Made by a program: the position numbers and the translations under genes
DNA from: Perna viridis
Taxonomy: Eukaryota
Reading direction: 5' to 3'
NCBI GenBank assembly: GCA_037379345.1
Contig: CM074512.1
Span: forward strand, 61,959,597-62,023,596
DNA length: 64,000 nt
The notes under the pieces: model-generated
What the model was told of the DNA's origin: nothing
The model's input: the letters and a program-made list of their open reading frames with translations, nothing else
Database searches by the model: none
Part shown: positions 14,107 to 28,105 of the stretch, in pieces
How the letters are laid out: every line of letters starts with the position of its first letter
Numbering within the stretch: position 1 is the stretch's first letter

Positions 14107-14470
14107 CAGTAAAATCTGTCTAAACTGAACCCATGTTAGAATTTACAACAGGATAAGTTAAGAGAGATTTTTGGTTTGCCTAGGTTCAAAATACATTTAA
14201 ACTGATATAAAGTGACTTCAAAAAGTGTCTGGTTTAGACAGGTTTTTGGTTATCAATGTTCAAAATACATTTAAACTGATATAAACAAACTTGAAAAAGT
14301 ATCTATTTTAGACAGGTGTTTGATTCATCAAGATCAAAATACTTTGAAACTGATATTAAGTGACATTCAAAAGTGTCTGTTTGGACAGGTTTTTGGTTAT
14401 CAACATTCAAAATATGTTTAAACTGATTTAAACAGATTTAAATAGTATCTGGTTTAGACAGGCTTCACTG
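14107..14470. mobile_element. Tc1/mariner-pogo-type MITE (TIR ~CAGTGAAACCTGTCTAAAC) with internal ~74-bp tandem units
   Basis: CAGTAAAATCTGTCTAAAC ... GTTTAGACAGGCTTCACTG|TA; related copies at ~8420-8572, 21318-21484, ~38432-38590, 46747-47050, ~47600-47740 and ~53016-53170. Confidence 0.8.
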
Positions 14471-15620
14471 TATTTCTATTTTTATCAGGAAAGACACATT
14501 TTATGAAATCCATCAATTTTCAAACAATATTTAAGAATGATACTTATGTGAGTGCTGATTTACAGTTGTTACATATTTTATAGTTGTGAAAATTGTATCT
14601 AATGTAAATGCAATCTATAAACTACCTGTTCTAACACACTCATTGGTGTTGGAAGGTAGATGTAGCAATTTACATTATTGGTAACATTTGATGGTTTCTC
14701 ACTGATATTAATACACATATGTCATGTATAACAATAGTTCAAGTTTTGTCATTTCCCAGAAGAAGAAAAAAGCATTAGAAACTCAGTATAAACTGCACAT
14801 GTATCTTCAAGGTTTGATATCTGAAGTTCTGATAAGCTACACTCATGGAACATTTCATTTTAAAAGTATTTCTAACTAGCTTTCAAAAACACTTGGATTG
14901 GTTTTCAAACACTGTGAAATGCTCTATGTGTATTAACTTCTTAGTAACATCATTACAAGTGATCACACCAAGAAATTCCAATGTACAATTAATCACTTGT
15001 GGATGTATCTTGAGATAATTATGTAGGGCACTGTTACACACTGATGAGATTACTTAGTTTTCCTCCATGCCATCAATTTTCTGAATATTACAGATTATTA
15101 TTCAGTCAATATTTTCTCCATTTGATGTATCCAAAACCACAATCAACAGTATTGAATTTTCTCTTTCATTTGACTTTTTTCGACATTTGTTTGGTCTGGT
15201 AAATGATGAGCTTCTCTTCTGAGGTAATTTGAGTCAAGTGTTACTATGTTTTCTGCCATTCACGTTTGTTCTCTCTCGGGTTTGTTTGATTATTTTCTGC
15301 CATGATGATGTACGTAGATGTCTAACGAGAATGGAGGTTGTTATGGAAGGAAAAGTAACTTAGAATTGATAGGGTAATGTCGCCTTCTTTTTCTTGTGTA
15401 GATTTTAGTTTTTGTATTTACAATGTATTTTTATTGACATGTTTTGGAGCCATACATGTATATACATTTTATTAAACAAATATACATGTATCCTTTGGTA
15501 TCTTGAATATTCATCTTGTTTTTTAGTAGGAATTATAGAAGTATGTGTCTATTTTAAAGGTCACATGATAGATTTCTGCAGGTTTAAAGGCTTAGAAGTT
15601 ACATTTATTATACTGTTTGT

Positions 15621-15750
15621 TTCTAGCTACTCCAGCCCTTGGAATTCCTCTATTGTCTTACTTCTTTCTAGCTACTCCAGCCCTTGGAATTCCTCTATTG
15701 TCTTACTTCTTTCTAGCTACTCCAGCCCTTGGAATTCCTCTATTGTCTGT
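15621..15750. repeat. 45-bp tandem repeat x~3
   Basis: TTCTAGCTACTCCAGCCCTTGGAATTCCTCTATTGTCTTACTTCT. Confidence 0.95.
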
Positions 15751-15899
15751 TAAAATTTTAGTACTGATGCGTTCATGAATTAGTATTTTTTTGGTAATCA
15801 TAATGCCTAGGGGTTTAAGCTAGATGAAAGAGAGCTACAGCTGATATTTTTCTACCACCAGATTTCCTAGGTTCTTTAATTTATTTCACACATACTGCC

Positions 15900-17685
15900 A
15901 GGTATGCTCCCATAATCATGTCTTACCCCTATTTAAACAGTCATATGTCCTGGAACACTTGCACAATCATGTCCCACACCTGTCTTAAACAGTCACATGT
16001 CCTGGAACACTTGTACAATCATGTCCCACACCTGTCTTAAACAGTCGTATGTCCTGGAACACTTGCACAATCATGTCCCACACCTGTCTTAAACAGTCAT
16101 ATGTACTGGTACACTTGCATAATCATGCACCATGCCTATCTAAAACAGTCATGTACTGGTACACTTGCACAATCATGCACCATGTGTGTCTTAAACTGTC
16201 ATATGTACTGGTGCACCTGACCAATTGTATCCCACACCTGTCTTAAATGGTCATATTGATATGTACTGGTACACACACACACAGTCATGCACCATGCCTG
16301 ATTTTAACAGTCGTATGTACTGGTACACTTGACCAATTTTATCCCACACCTGTTTTAAACAGTCATATGTACTGGCACACACACACACACACACACAGTC
16401 ATGCACCATGCCTGTCTTTAACAGTCATATGTACTGGTCCACTTACAGAATCTTGTCCCATGCCTGTCTTAAAATGTCATATTGTGACACCCCCGCATGT
16501 GTGTAGATATATCTTAAGTGCAAGTGTATAGTTAAGTGGTATTTCACTGGTACATGGCCTTTGAAGGCATTTCCATATATTTGTTCTTAACACACTACTC
16601 AACAGAATTTCAACTTCTATATGACATTTATTAACCTCTCAGGAGTCAATATTATAAATCATACAATATATAATGATAAATCCTACCACTGAATGCTAAA
16701 GTACAAACGAAGGTCCCCCCAAAATATGATATGGACTGCTATGTTCTATAGGTCATGTCAGGTCAGGTCGTAGTGTAAATATTTACTACTAAAAATACAG
16801 ATGCGTACCAAGGGTGTTGTTCTCCTGGCCAGCTGGTAGTGCTCAATAGTCAAAATGGAGCTCAACAGATCCAACTGCTCTTTGAAATAATATTACAAGG
16901 ATGGCATTGAGAATGCTGTCCCACAGTTTATATATAACAGCCCTACTTGTTGGAATTTTAGGCCCACTTTCAGGAATGTGGGGATTCAGCTAATATCATT
17001 GGTTTATCCTTATGGGTCTCTAAACGATATGATTGGTTTAGAAATCTTTGTATTCCCATGGAATTCGATATTCTCCTAATTAATTACTTCTAGTCAGCCA
17101 AATACAAACATGGTTGACATTGAGGGGAAACATATAGTAATGGGATGGGAAAGAAGGAAAACAGGACTTACTTTAGCTTATAGTTTGGGGAAATAAGTCC
17201 GTAATAATCATATCACTTAGCAGAATATATGAATTTTAATGACAAGTGAAATAAATGAATAAATAGACAATAGAAAGCTGGGGACTTGTCAACAGCCTGG
17301 GACTGACTGGACACAATGATGCAACAATGAGAACGAAATCTGTCTTGACACTTACAAGAACATTCCCATAATAAACTCAATACAATAATACATGTACAAT
17401 CAACTATGTATAAATTGTCCATATTGCACATGAGTTCACTCAGACGAACATGAACAAACAAGAAAAAGGAACCTGAGTGACACTTGAGAAATATCTTCTT
17501 TACAAACCTACTGACTTTAACCCTATTTAATAACAATATGTACAGGTACACTTGTACAATCATTTTCCACACCTGTCTGAAACATTCATATGTTCTGGTC
17601 CACTCCTACAGTCATTTCCCACCCCTATATTAAAGTCAAGTATACTTTTATATTCATATGAGCATGTCCCACCTCTGTCTTAATA
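15900..17685. repeat. ~52-bp minisatellite split by a solo LTR
   Basis: unit CTTAAACAGTCATATGTCCTGGAACACTTGCACAATCATGTCCCACACCTGT on both sides of 16483-17535. Confidence 0.88.
16483..17535 (+). mobile_element. Solo LTR (Ty3/Gypsy-like), 1053 bp
   Basis: TGTGA...TAACA termini, 4-bp TSD ATAT (16479-16482 and 17536-17539), removal restores the satellite unit; AATAAA motifs near 17250-17375. Confidence 0.8.
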
Positions 17686-17938
17686 GAAGTTATGATTGAC
17701 CAAGACAAAATGTCTTGAAGGGACAGATATCAAACAGATTGTCTATAAGACTTGGAAGCTTTGTTCTGAGTTGTCCTGCTTCTTTACATCTTAAGTGTGT
17801 GACAAATTAGAATTCACATGATCTCACAAATATCCATTTGTACATAATATTGAGTTTTGGTAAAAAGTTTTTTCACAGCATTTAAATCAAATTTAACATC
17901 TGTATAAAGGCCAGCAGTATTGACTTCTGGCTTACTGT

Positions 17939-17974
<36 letters not shown>
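17939..17974. repeat. (CA)n microsatellite
   Basis: direct observation. Confidence 0.98.
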
Positions 17975-17976
<2 letters not shown>

Positions 17977-20877
17977 TCATGTCTTTGCTATCAAATAATC
18001 TGAGTTTATCTGTATTATCATTGTGAAGAAGTTTCCCAGTTTTGATCAGTTAGAGATAATAATAAACACATCCATCACCACATTGAACTGATTTACTCCC
18101 ATGTTTTTGTATACATTGGTGAAATATTTGTGTGTAATGTTGGCTGGTTTTAAAACACATGTTATTTGGTAACAATAAATATGTTTATGAAGAAATCTGA
18201 ATGTTAAAATAGCAGTCTTTGTAAAAGATCAGGCAGGAGGTGATTCACGCATATCAAAAACCCACCAAATTCACTTTTATTTTTTATTCAGAAACCCTAA
18301 CAGACCACAACACCAGTCTTAGTTTGTAATTTGATTGTTGCTTGAAATTGGTACTTAGCACAAGTTAATGTTGTTGATTTTGATTGATTTTGTTGAATTC
18401 AGTTATAAATGAATGTATGGTTTTCTCAGATCACAGAAAGGACTAATGTTATAAGCCTTTGCTACATTAATACACAAGTGTATATGTACATTATAGTCCT
18501 ATAGCAAATTACATGTATTTAAATCTGTATCTGACAGAAAGTTTCCTTGTTTCATCAGGTCATTTAATCTATGCAGGACAAACTCTGTCCTTCAAGTTCA
18601 CTATATTACTTGCTGTAGGATTAATTAAAAGTCCAAAAGTTTAAATAGGTGTTGGATTCTGAGTATGGAGTTGTACATGTGCATACATGTATGTTAGGTA
18701 TACCTGTATTAAGACCCTTTTTCTAGATCTATTGCAAGTGTACTGCTTGTACTCTGTGATTTCAGCTATTTGAAGTAGTTACTATGTTCTTGAATTGAAA
18801 TGTATAAATTAATTTTCTGTTTGGTCAAACTGGAGGAAATGATCAATATGTACTGAATAGAAACTAAAACAAATATCAACTGGAGGTAAATACCAACTTC
18901 ATGGTAGAGAAACTCTTACAGATTTATTTTTGGAATCATAAAAAGTGTGAGAAGGTAAAAATAACAAGATTTTCCAGCTGGTTATGTCATAAAGCGCAAG
19001 TCTACAGAAGAGATCGATACTTACCAGTATAGCATCATATAATGGAGTTTTTGTGTTACTTTTTATTGATCATTGAAAGCATCAATATCTAATGTTTGTA
19101 AACACAAATTTCTGATTTTTGAAAGTGTTTATCTCTGTATTTTATTTTAGAGTATATCAATTTCTGTTCTTAAATAGCTTCAGTTACAGATTTTTGGCAA
19201 CATCATATTTTTGGAACATGAAAATAGTTTCCTTATTTTTTGGATCTCTAAGATTATCTTGTTATTGGACATTGAACCCAATTTTAGATAGTAGAATACA
19301 TGTATTTCTGTTTAAAGGATGATTTAAATATATTTAAGAAACAGTTTTTATTTGACCCAATATAGTTTCAAAGCCTGTGTTAATATACCTCTAATTTTGA
19401 AAGTGATCATCATAATCTGTCTATCCATTTGTCTTCCAAAATGTTTTTGTAACAGTTTTTTTTTTTTCTCGAACTTTTTATGGCAGCCATTTGTTATTTT
19501 GACAGAAGCTTCATATAGACATGCCATATCATGTAAATTAATTTCACACTTAAGTGACATCAACTTCCTGTTTGTCAACTTATGTGTCCGTCAGTCCATC
19601 CATCGGTCCTCTCTTTCATATCACAACTAGTCTGACACTACCTAACAGAATTTCATAACGCTATGTGGCCAGGATACAATATGTAGATATGCATATATTT
19701 AGGAATTTCTTATCCCCATATTGATCCCCAAATTTTTTAGTTACGGTACTGGATTACGGTACTGGAACAGTTTGTCATTGCAAGTCTTGGAAGGATTGAG
19801 CTGAATCAACAGACCATGAGTATCACAAGTCTTGGAAGGATTTCTGAATCTGCAAACCATGTCTTCATACAAAAATAAACATGTTTCTTATTTGGTAAAT
19901 CTAGCAAGCGGGGGCATCATTAGTGTCTTACAGACACATTTGATTTACTTTAAAAAAATCAATACTAACAAATGTGGCGGGGGCTCCTGTCATAAACAGG
20001 GCTTCTTGTTTTTAACTGTTTTTCACTGAAGTGTACAGGCAGTAACATACTCAGCACAGCTTTGTATTTTCTTCCAGTTCTAAGCCTTGTTTGTCAGTAT
20101 AATGTCCATGCTCCATTTATCTCTATATTTACCTCACATACCTATAGACATTTTACAGATATTTTTTCTAGTATTAAAGATATAATATTTTGAATATGTC
20201 ATTTTCTAATGTAATTAAATTCTATGTAAAACTTTCTGATTTTGATGGGGTCTTGAAAGGTAAAATTTAGTAAATGGCAAATGACCTCTTGTAATTTGAT
20301 AAAAAATAGATAATCATTTTACACTAATCATATTTTGAAAATATGGTTTAAATTCTAAATTTTCGTAACAGTTTTCTCCATTACTACATATCAAAGCCAC
20401 TTGATATTTTGACAAAAGCTTTGTATCTGTATACCATATCCTTGGATTTAGTATTGGACTAGAACCACATCAATTCCCATTAGTCATCTGTTTTTAATAT
20501 TTTGGTAATATTGTTTTTTGGGAGGGGAGCAGGGGTATCCTCTAGTGATCTTGGCTTAGTAACTTTACAGTTCACAAAAATGGTTTTCATAAAATATGTT
20601 TTTAAGCTTTTGTTACCATTTTTATGGCCTACATCATTTTGTAGGTTACAGTGACTGCCAAATGTTCCTTAGACTTAAGCTTAGCCCTCCAAGATTTAAA
20701 AAATACTAAACAAATGTTTAAAAAGATATGTTGTGTTTCTGTGGACTTAACAGTTTATTTCCAGACAACTGGTAGATGCTAATAAAGGTTACCATATAAA
20801 CAATTGATTTTTGGGTGTCCATAGCTTACATTTAGTCCCCCTAATGGTGATAGATTTGATTGATTCTAAGAAGCAAA

Positions 20878-21067
20878 TTGTCATACATCATACCATAGTA
20901 GGTAGAATCTGTATTATGTCAATATTTTCTGATCCTCAGATTCAGAGAAACATATTTTCATATGTCATACATCATACCATAGTAGGTAGAATCTGTATTA
21001 TGTCAATATTTTTTTATCCTGAGGTCCAAAGAAACATATTGTCATATGTCATACATCATACCATAGT
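20878..21067. repeat. 84-bp tandem duplication x~2.3
   Basis: GTCATACATCATACCATAGT at ~20880/20964/21048. Confidence 0.9.
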
Positions 21068-21689
21068 GCTTAATTTTTTTCTTATTCTGAGAAACAAAAA
21101 ATAATACCATCATGCTTGGCGTCTATTTTGTGTCAATATTTTCTTGCCAATATAGATCTTCACAACTATTGTGATGAGTTTTAGCACCATTAGTTGTAAA
21201 ACATAAATATCTGAATTGTAGATACATGTACATGTACTTTGTAACTAAATCAATATAGTTTAAAACTTTGTGTTTTTATTGTGTTAATTTATTTTTGTTT
21301 TGAAGATGTGTAATATACAGTTAAAACTGTCTAACTTGAACTCCAAATAATAATAAAACCTGTCTAAACCAGACACATTTTAAAGTCCCTTTATATTAAT
21401 TTAAATGTGCTTTGAAGCTGGATAAACTGAACACCTGTGTAAACCACTAAACTGATTGGAGTTCATTGTAGACAGGTTCCATTGTACTATGCCCAAAAAA
21501 AACCTCAACCACAAAACACTGATGTACAGCATGTTGTTGGAATACACAGTTCTACAACTGATTAGATATATTGTGAAGTAACACATCCCTAAGTGTTATG
21601 AAGAAAACAGGATGTGTAGATATTTACAATGTATGTCATTTGTCGTTACTTTTTCGTTGTTGTTAAGTTGATGTTTTTGTTTTTTACAG

Positions 21690-21737
21690 ATGAATGGTGA
21701 GGGAGATTGGGAGTATGAAGAGATCCCTCTGGAAAGG
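21690..21737 (+). CDS. dlg1: dlg1 exon MNGEGDWEYEEIPLER (start of PDZ1)
   Basis: tttttacag|ATG...AGG|gtaagt; matches Dlg EYEEITLER. Confidence 0.95.
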
Positions 21738-22478
21738 GTAAGTTTAAAGTTCAACAGGGCAAAGGTCAGCTGTAGTATTATAGCTATGATTTGTTGCATA
21801 CCTGTTCTAGTATTTTAATAACATGACTTAAGTCAAATATAAACCAATCCTGCCAGTCTTTGCCGTATAAATTTCTGACAACAAGCTGAAGCTAAAAAAA
21901 TTTAATGAACTTATATAGTAATGATTGGATTGCAAGCCCACCAACCATGGCTGTTAGGATGGTAGTCGGTTTCAAAGACTGTGACCTGCTTTTCTTAGTG
22001 ACATTTTTATAATGCAGTTATGAAAAATCTTCAGTTATCAATGTATACTAAATTGGATTCTTTGTTATTTAGATCCATTTTGTTGGTGTGACTGTCTGGA
22101 TTTGAGACAGTATCATCCACTTAAAGAGTGGTAGTGATGATTAAACACATTTTGTAATTACCAATTTTCTACTTCTTGTTGCATTAAAAATTTTTTATAT
22201 ATTTTGGATGGATTTGAGATATGTACTAATAGAGCATAAATTCAATGGCAACTATACTCTATTTTCACATAGTGAAAACATTAAGAAAGTGCCAATCAGT
22301 TATCAAATGAAATAGACAAATTCTAATTTATGACCTTATATTAATGTATGAGTGTCATTCTGCAAATACAAATATTTACCAATAAACGTTTTGATTTTAT
22401 TTTTTCTGATTTTAGTTTTGGGGTAACAGTATCAGTAGAAGTCTAATCTATGACTTATTTATTGTCATTTATTTACAG

Positions 22479-22603
22479 GGGAACACAGGTCTTGGTTTTA
22501 GTATTGCTGGAGGAGTTGATAACCCCCATGTTGGAGATGATCCCAGTATTTTTATTACTAAGATCATTCCAGGAGGTGCAGCCCATGCAGATGGAAGGCT
22601 CAA
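22479..22603 (+). CDS. dlg1: dlg1 exon [41 protein letters not shown](K), PDZ1
   Basis: tttacag|GGG...AA|gtaagt; GLGF carboxylate-binding loop; phase 0-2. Confidence 0.97.
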
Positions 22604-25600
22604 GTAAGTCTTGTGTACTGACTGTAGATTGTCCCAGTAAAGCCCATCTGTTAAAACGGCTTGGTAGGGTTGCTATGATTTGTGATTGGATGAAGCATAT
22701 GTTTTTTGTAAAAACTATCTTATACAATTCTGGAAATAAACTGCATCAAATTGATATTAGTAAAAAGTGGGTTAACTTAAAATTGCTGAGAAAACTCAAT
22801 ATTCATGCTGGCAATACAGAAATTAAAGTGAGATATTTGGCTATAATGTTAAATTCTGCTGAATTAGCTAAATTCTCTGGGGTTTTTATCTGTATGACAA
22901 AAGGAAAATTAGGTCTAGTAGCTGCTCAGTGTGGTCTGTCTCAATCTTTGTGTCATCTGTAACTCAAAAAGTTCTGAATCATGGCCTGTGATCAGCCTCA
23001 GTTTACATTTTGAAGAAGGAAATACAGGCCACAAAAGCCTAATCATCAAGACAGGACAAAATGATTCAGTAAAGTTATGAGGTTGATATTTCCAGATTGA
23101 AAAACAACTCAGAAACCTCCTAATTTGTCAGAATTTATTGGAAATGGTTCAGAAGTGATATTTTTATATATATCTATTGGTTTAATCATTCTATTTTTCT
23201 GTAAATAATCCTGAATTACTGGAATAAGAGGCTATAACATCTTCATATGTGGGAAGTTTTAGTATGAACTCATCCCATCAAATGAACCAGATAAGTTCAG
23301 TCAGTAAAATGACCCTTGATATGCTGTAATTCATTCAATAGACAATTAAGAAATCTGTTTGTTTCCAAATCAAATTAAAACTTTACCAGTCCAATAAAAT
23401 AATTTCCCATATTGACTCAGTAGAAACCACATATTTGATACAGAATGATTGTGTTTCATGGTATTTCTATTGACTTTGGTCCATTTAGTGTTTGGAAATA
23501 AGTATTTAATGTTTCTCTCATGGTGTTTATTCATTTCTTTATGGGTTCTAAAACAGCATGTCAGCATTTCATTGTCTGTATTACTCCATATCAGTGTCAA
23601 TAACTGGTGAGATGATGTCATAAAATATTTCAGTCAGAGTTATCTCCCATTTGTTGTATAACTGTTTAGTTCTGTCTTACCATTTTTCCTTGGTGTCTTT
23701 GCATCACTTTGATGTTTTGTCAGCATGCAAATTATTTAATTGTCAGTTTCTGTAAGAATCTGGCAGGGGGTGAAAGATGGTATGGAAAAAAAACCACCAT
23801 TCTGATAGTTTAATTTGACTATTTGCCACATCAGAATTAAGAAAAAAAAGACCAGATTTTTCATATCATTTTTGTAAATTGAGTTGTATTTTCATTGAAA
23901 TGCACTGAAAATGAACATTTCAAGAGCAGATAACTTCGTCAAAAACCTAATTTGTCTTACATTCTATTGAAAACTTTCTGAACAGTCCAGTGATGCAGAG
24001 ATTAAATAATGTTTTTTTTTTCCAATAGAGAAAGCATCAGTGAATGAAATTATACTGTCAGATCGGTGGGGTTTTGACATGCATGTTTCTGATTTTTCCC
24101 ATTTTGCAAGATTCTTACAAAAACTTTCACTTAAATACTTTTATCTTAAATTAAAGATCAGGATTTTGATAACAGAACTATGTATTTTTTTCTGATTTAA
24201 ATCTGTTTCAATGAAGTAAAAGTTCATTTTGTTTCTTTGATATGACTTCTATATTATATCACAATGGTAGAAATAAGAAAATTTTATCAAATTGGTCAAA
24301 TGGGCAAATTTTGCCCAGAACTGAATTGGCCAAAAGTGAAGTTTGCTTGCCCTTATGATATGCTATCAGAGCAAAAAAAAAAAAAAAAAAATCAAAATTT
24401 AGGTGGTCCAGCTAGCAAGCTTAATTCAATTTTGACTTCCTGATCCAGAAATATTATTGCTATGGACCAGTGGAGGGATGCTTACATAGACTCTTTTTAT
24501 ACTGTGAAGGCTAATTTTAAATTCATGAGAATGATTCAAACTATTTGCATGGGGCTGTAGAATGAAACATTTGTGATTGCAATGAAGACAAGACTTATGG
24601 CAGTTACTTCAACAGAACAGGTGGAAATATGTTTATCACCTGTTAATTACGTAGGTAATAAGTATTTATATCCCAGTGTGAAAGATTCTACTGATGTTTA
24701 TCTTTGAAATTGTCAGAATGAATTCTTAATGAGTTGCATTGGAACACCAAATGTGCATGACTCATCTGCAAGTAATAATGACAAAACATGTATTTTGATA
24801 TTTTCTGATTATTTTATATACAAATGGATGATAAGTAACGACATTCATGTATTGATTCTCTGGTAATAGTATTTGTTGGTTTTATCTAGGCCTATCTATC
24901 TATCTTCTATTCTGAAGCCACTTGGCAGGTTGCTTCCGGATTTGGTAGAATGCTTATTTAATTCATACAAAATTGTAAACCCTGGTTTGGATTACACAGA
25001 TACAAACAGTCAGTCTTGTTCTTGTCTACAGAGATACATATTGTAAATCTGGTTCAATTTACATAAATACACAGCTCTTGTTTTGTTTACACATACAAAT
25101 TGTCAGTCCAGCTTTTGGTTTCATGCATGTTTATTTTTTTAAGTGCACATTTTTTTTTTAACACAATTCCATATGTATCCTAACTTGTATGTCTCTCGTA
25201 CAAATGTGGTCAATTGTTAAGTAACAAAGAGCACTCAATCATATTATCTTGCCATTTAGGTACAATTTAATTTGATTGGTTTTTTTTAATTATACTTAAC
25301 ACATATAATGTATTCTCATAAGTTTATACTCCATGAGATAACTCCTTTCAGAATCTCTGAAAAATTCCCAAAATAATTCGAAAACTTTTTTTTTTTTCTT
25401 GGTGACTTGTACAATATAGTATTGTGAAGGAAGAAAATATTTTTTTTTAAAAATCGCCATTTCCTAACAGAGCATTATATTGGTAAAGCGATTGGAACAT
25501 TTCTTGAGGTTATATTATGAACAATAAAGGAGAAATGTCACAAGTAGTTCTGATTAGAAAGATGAGACAAGTAAAATACAACATAAGATTTCTTACTAAG

Positions 25601-26466
25601 ATACTGCATTTGGTTAGAAACCTTAGTAGCTTTTCTTAATGTTGCGCTGCCCTTTTCTCTTTCTGGAAAAAATATATATTAGTGTCTCTGTGTAGTGGAA
25701 AATGTTGAAGAAGTTTATAGAAAAAGATAAAATTTTGTGGTTGTTTCTCTCAGCTATAAGCAATCTAATGCAGACTTATTGCAATATGTTATGAATGATT
25801 TATACTGAATAACTGTTTGATGGGTGTAAACAATACAATTACAGGGTTTATTTCATGAAAGATGAATAGGTGCTATTTACTTTATACCCCTAGAGATCTG
25901 TAATCATAGCCTGGAAAACTGCTGTATTAATGGTGTTTATAAGCCAGGTATTGATCAAAGTGGTAATGGCTTACTGATGGGATGATACCAGTTTGTAGCT
26001 CAGATACTCTGTCTACCTTTAACAAGCCAACTTTGATGCTTTAGTCTGATTCCTGTCTGATACATGTATTTACCTTTAATGAGCTATTTTCATGCAATAA
26101 ATCAACGAAAAGACAAAATTTTAGGAATGCTTTGGAATTGGTTATTAAAACATAATTCATTGACTTGACTTGTCACTTAGACACTATGTTATCCATGATT
26201 TGGGTTGAAATTAATTGTAAAAACAAGTCCATTCAGTGGAGTAAATTATGAAATCATAAAAAAGAGCAACTCATTCTGAAATATGGTATTATACTATCTG
26301 TAGCTATTTTGCTTTTTTTCTTCAAGATAAAATCATGGTTCAAGTAAAAGAAAACAAGTTTGAATTCAGCATCCAATACATGGTTCTTTGAAGGCTGTTT
26401 GTCTATCTGTCTAGCAATAGTTATTGGTGTGTTGTTTGCTCTTCTATCAAGTAATGATTATGGCTG

Positions 26467-26742
26467 TTTTTTTTTCCCCGACATAGTCAGTATAGTTTTG
26501 CTTTTTACCCCTTGACTTTAAAGACGCTTTTCCATAGAAATGCAAGTCACCTGATTGCAATTCATTTCTGCTTCCCGATTAGCTATATACTGATAACTTA
26601 GTGACGTCCGAAAAAAACTATATCCAAAATTGAAATTGTGTCCCATGCGTTATTTCCTGATTGAAATGTAGACAATTGTAAGTAAAAAGAAAAAAAATTT
26701 TACTGTGTCGGCTATCTTTTTTTTTAAAAGATAGTACTTGTT
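26467..26742 (+). mobile_element. Helentron/DINE-1-like non-autonomous element
   Basis: T-run insertion site, subterminal inverted repeats CCGACATAGT (26478) and ACTGTGTCGG (26702), followed by the hairpin CTATCTTTT..AAAAGATAG; CpGs retained. Confidence 0.65.
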
Positions 26743-26754
26743 TAATGATACTAT

Positions 26755-28105
26755 AAGAATGATTATGGTGTGTTGTATTCTTTGCCCATCTGTCAAATAA
26801 TGGTTATGGTTGTATTGTTTGCCAGTCTGTACAAGAATGATTGTTGTTATGTTGTATTGTTTGCCAGTCTGTCCAAGAATGATTGTTGTTATGTTGTATT
26901 GTTTGGCCAGTCTGTCCAAGAATGATTGTTGTTATGTTGTATTGTTTGGCCATCTGTCCAAGAATGATTGTTGTTATGTTGTATTGTTTGGCCATCTGTC
27001 CAAGAATGATTGTTGTTATGTTGTATTGTTTGGCCATCTGTCCTAGAATGATTGTTGTTATGTTGTATTGTTTGGCTATCTGTCCAAGAATGATTGTTGT
27101 TACGTTGTATTGATTGGCCATCTGTCCAAGAATGATTGTTGTTATGTTGTATTGTTTGCCAGTCTGTCCAAGAATGATTGTTGTTATGTTGTATTGTTTG
27201 GCCAGTCTGTACAAGAATGATTGTTGTTACATTGTATTGTTTGGCCAGTCTGTCCAAGAATGATTGTTGTTACATTGTATTGTTTGGCCATCTGTCCAAG
27301 AATGATTGTTGTTATGTTGTATTGTTTGGCCATCTGTCCAAGAATGATTGTTGTTATGTTGTATTGTTTGGCCATCTGTCCAAGAATGATTGTTGTTATG
27401 TTGTATTGTTTGGCCATCTGTCCAAGAATGATTGTTGTTATGTTGTATTGTTTGGCCATCTGTCCTAGATTGATTGTTGTTATGTTGTATTGTTTGGCTA
27501 TCTGTCCAAGAATGATTGTTGTTACGTTGTATTGATTGGCCATCTGTCCAAGAATGATTGTTGTTATGTTGTATTGTTTGCCAGTCTGTCCAAGAATGAT
27601 TGTTGTTATGTTGTATTGTTTGGCCAGTCTGTACAAGAATGATTGTTGTTACATTGTATTGTTTGGCCAGTCTGTCCAAGAATGATTGTTGTTACATTGT
27701 ATTGTTTGGCCATCTGTCCAAGAATGATTGTTGTTATGTTGTATTGTTTGGCCATCTGTCCAAGAATGATTGTTGTTATGTTGTATTGTTTGGCCATCTG
27801 TCCAAGAATGATTGTTGTTATGTTGTATTGTTTGGCCATCTGTCCAAGAATGATTGTTGTTATGTTGTATTGTTTGGCCATCTGTCCTAGATTGATTGTT
27901 GTTATGTTGTATTGTTTGGCCATCTGTCCTAGAATGATTGTTGTTATGTTGTATTGTTTGGCTATCTGTCCAAGAATGATTGTTGTTATGTTGTATTGTT
28001 TGGCCATCTGTCCAAGAATGATTGTTGTTATGTTGTATTGTTTGCCAGTCTGTACAAGAATGATTGTTGTTATGTTGTATTGTTTGGCCAGTCTGTTTGT
28101 CAATG
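26755..28105. repeat. 42-bp satellite (~32 copies) with a ~422-bp higher-order duplication
   Basis: unit CCAAGAATGATTGTTGTTATGTTGTATTGTTTGGCCATCTGT; variant pattern repeats at a 422-bp offset; degenerate relatives at ~26390-26465 and ~28780-29410. Confidence 0.97.

Noticed and set aside
18528-18565. Minus-strand CTGATGA-aacaag-GAAAC-tttct-GTC, resembling a minimal hammerhead
   Set aside because: Stem II and stem I cannot pair; likely chance
22450-22962. 170-aa ORF
   Set aside because: Out-of-frame read-through overlapping the true PDZ1 exon
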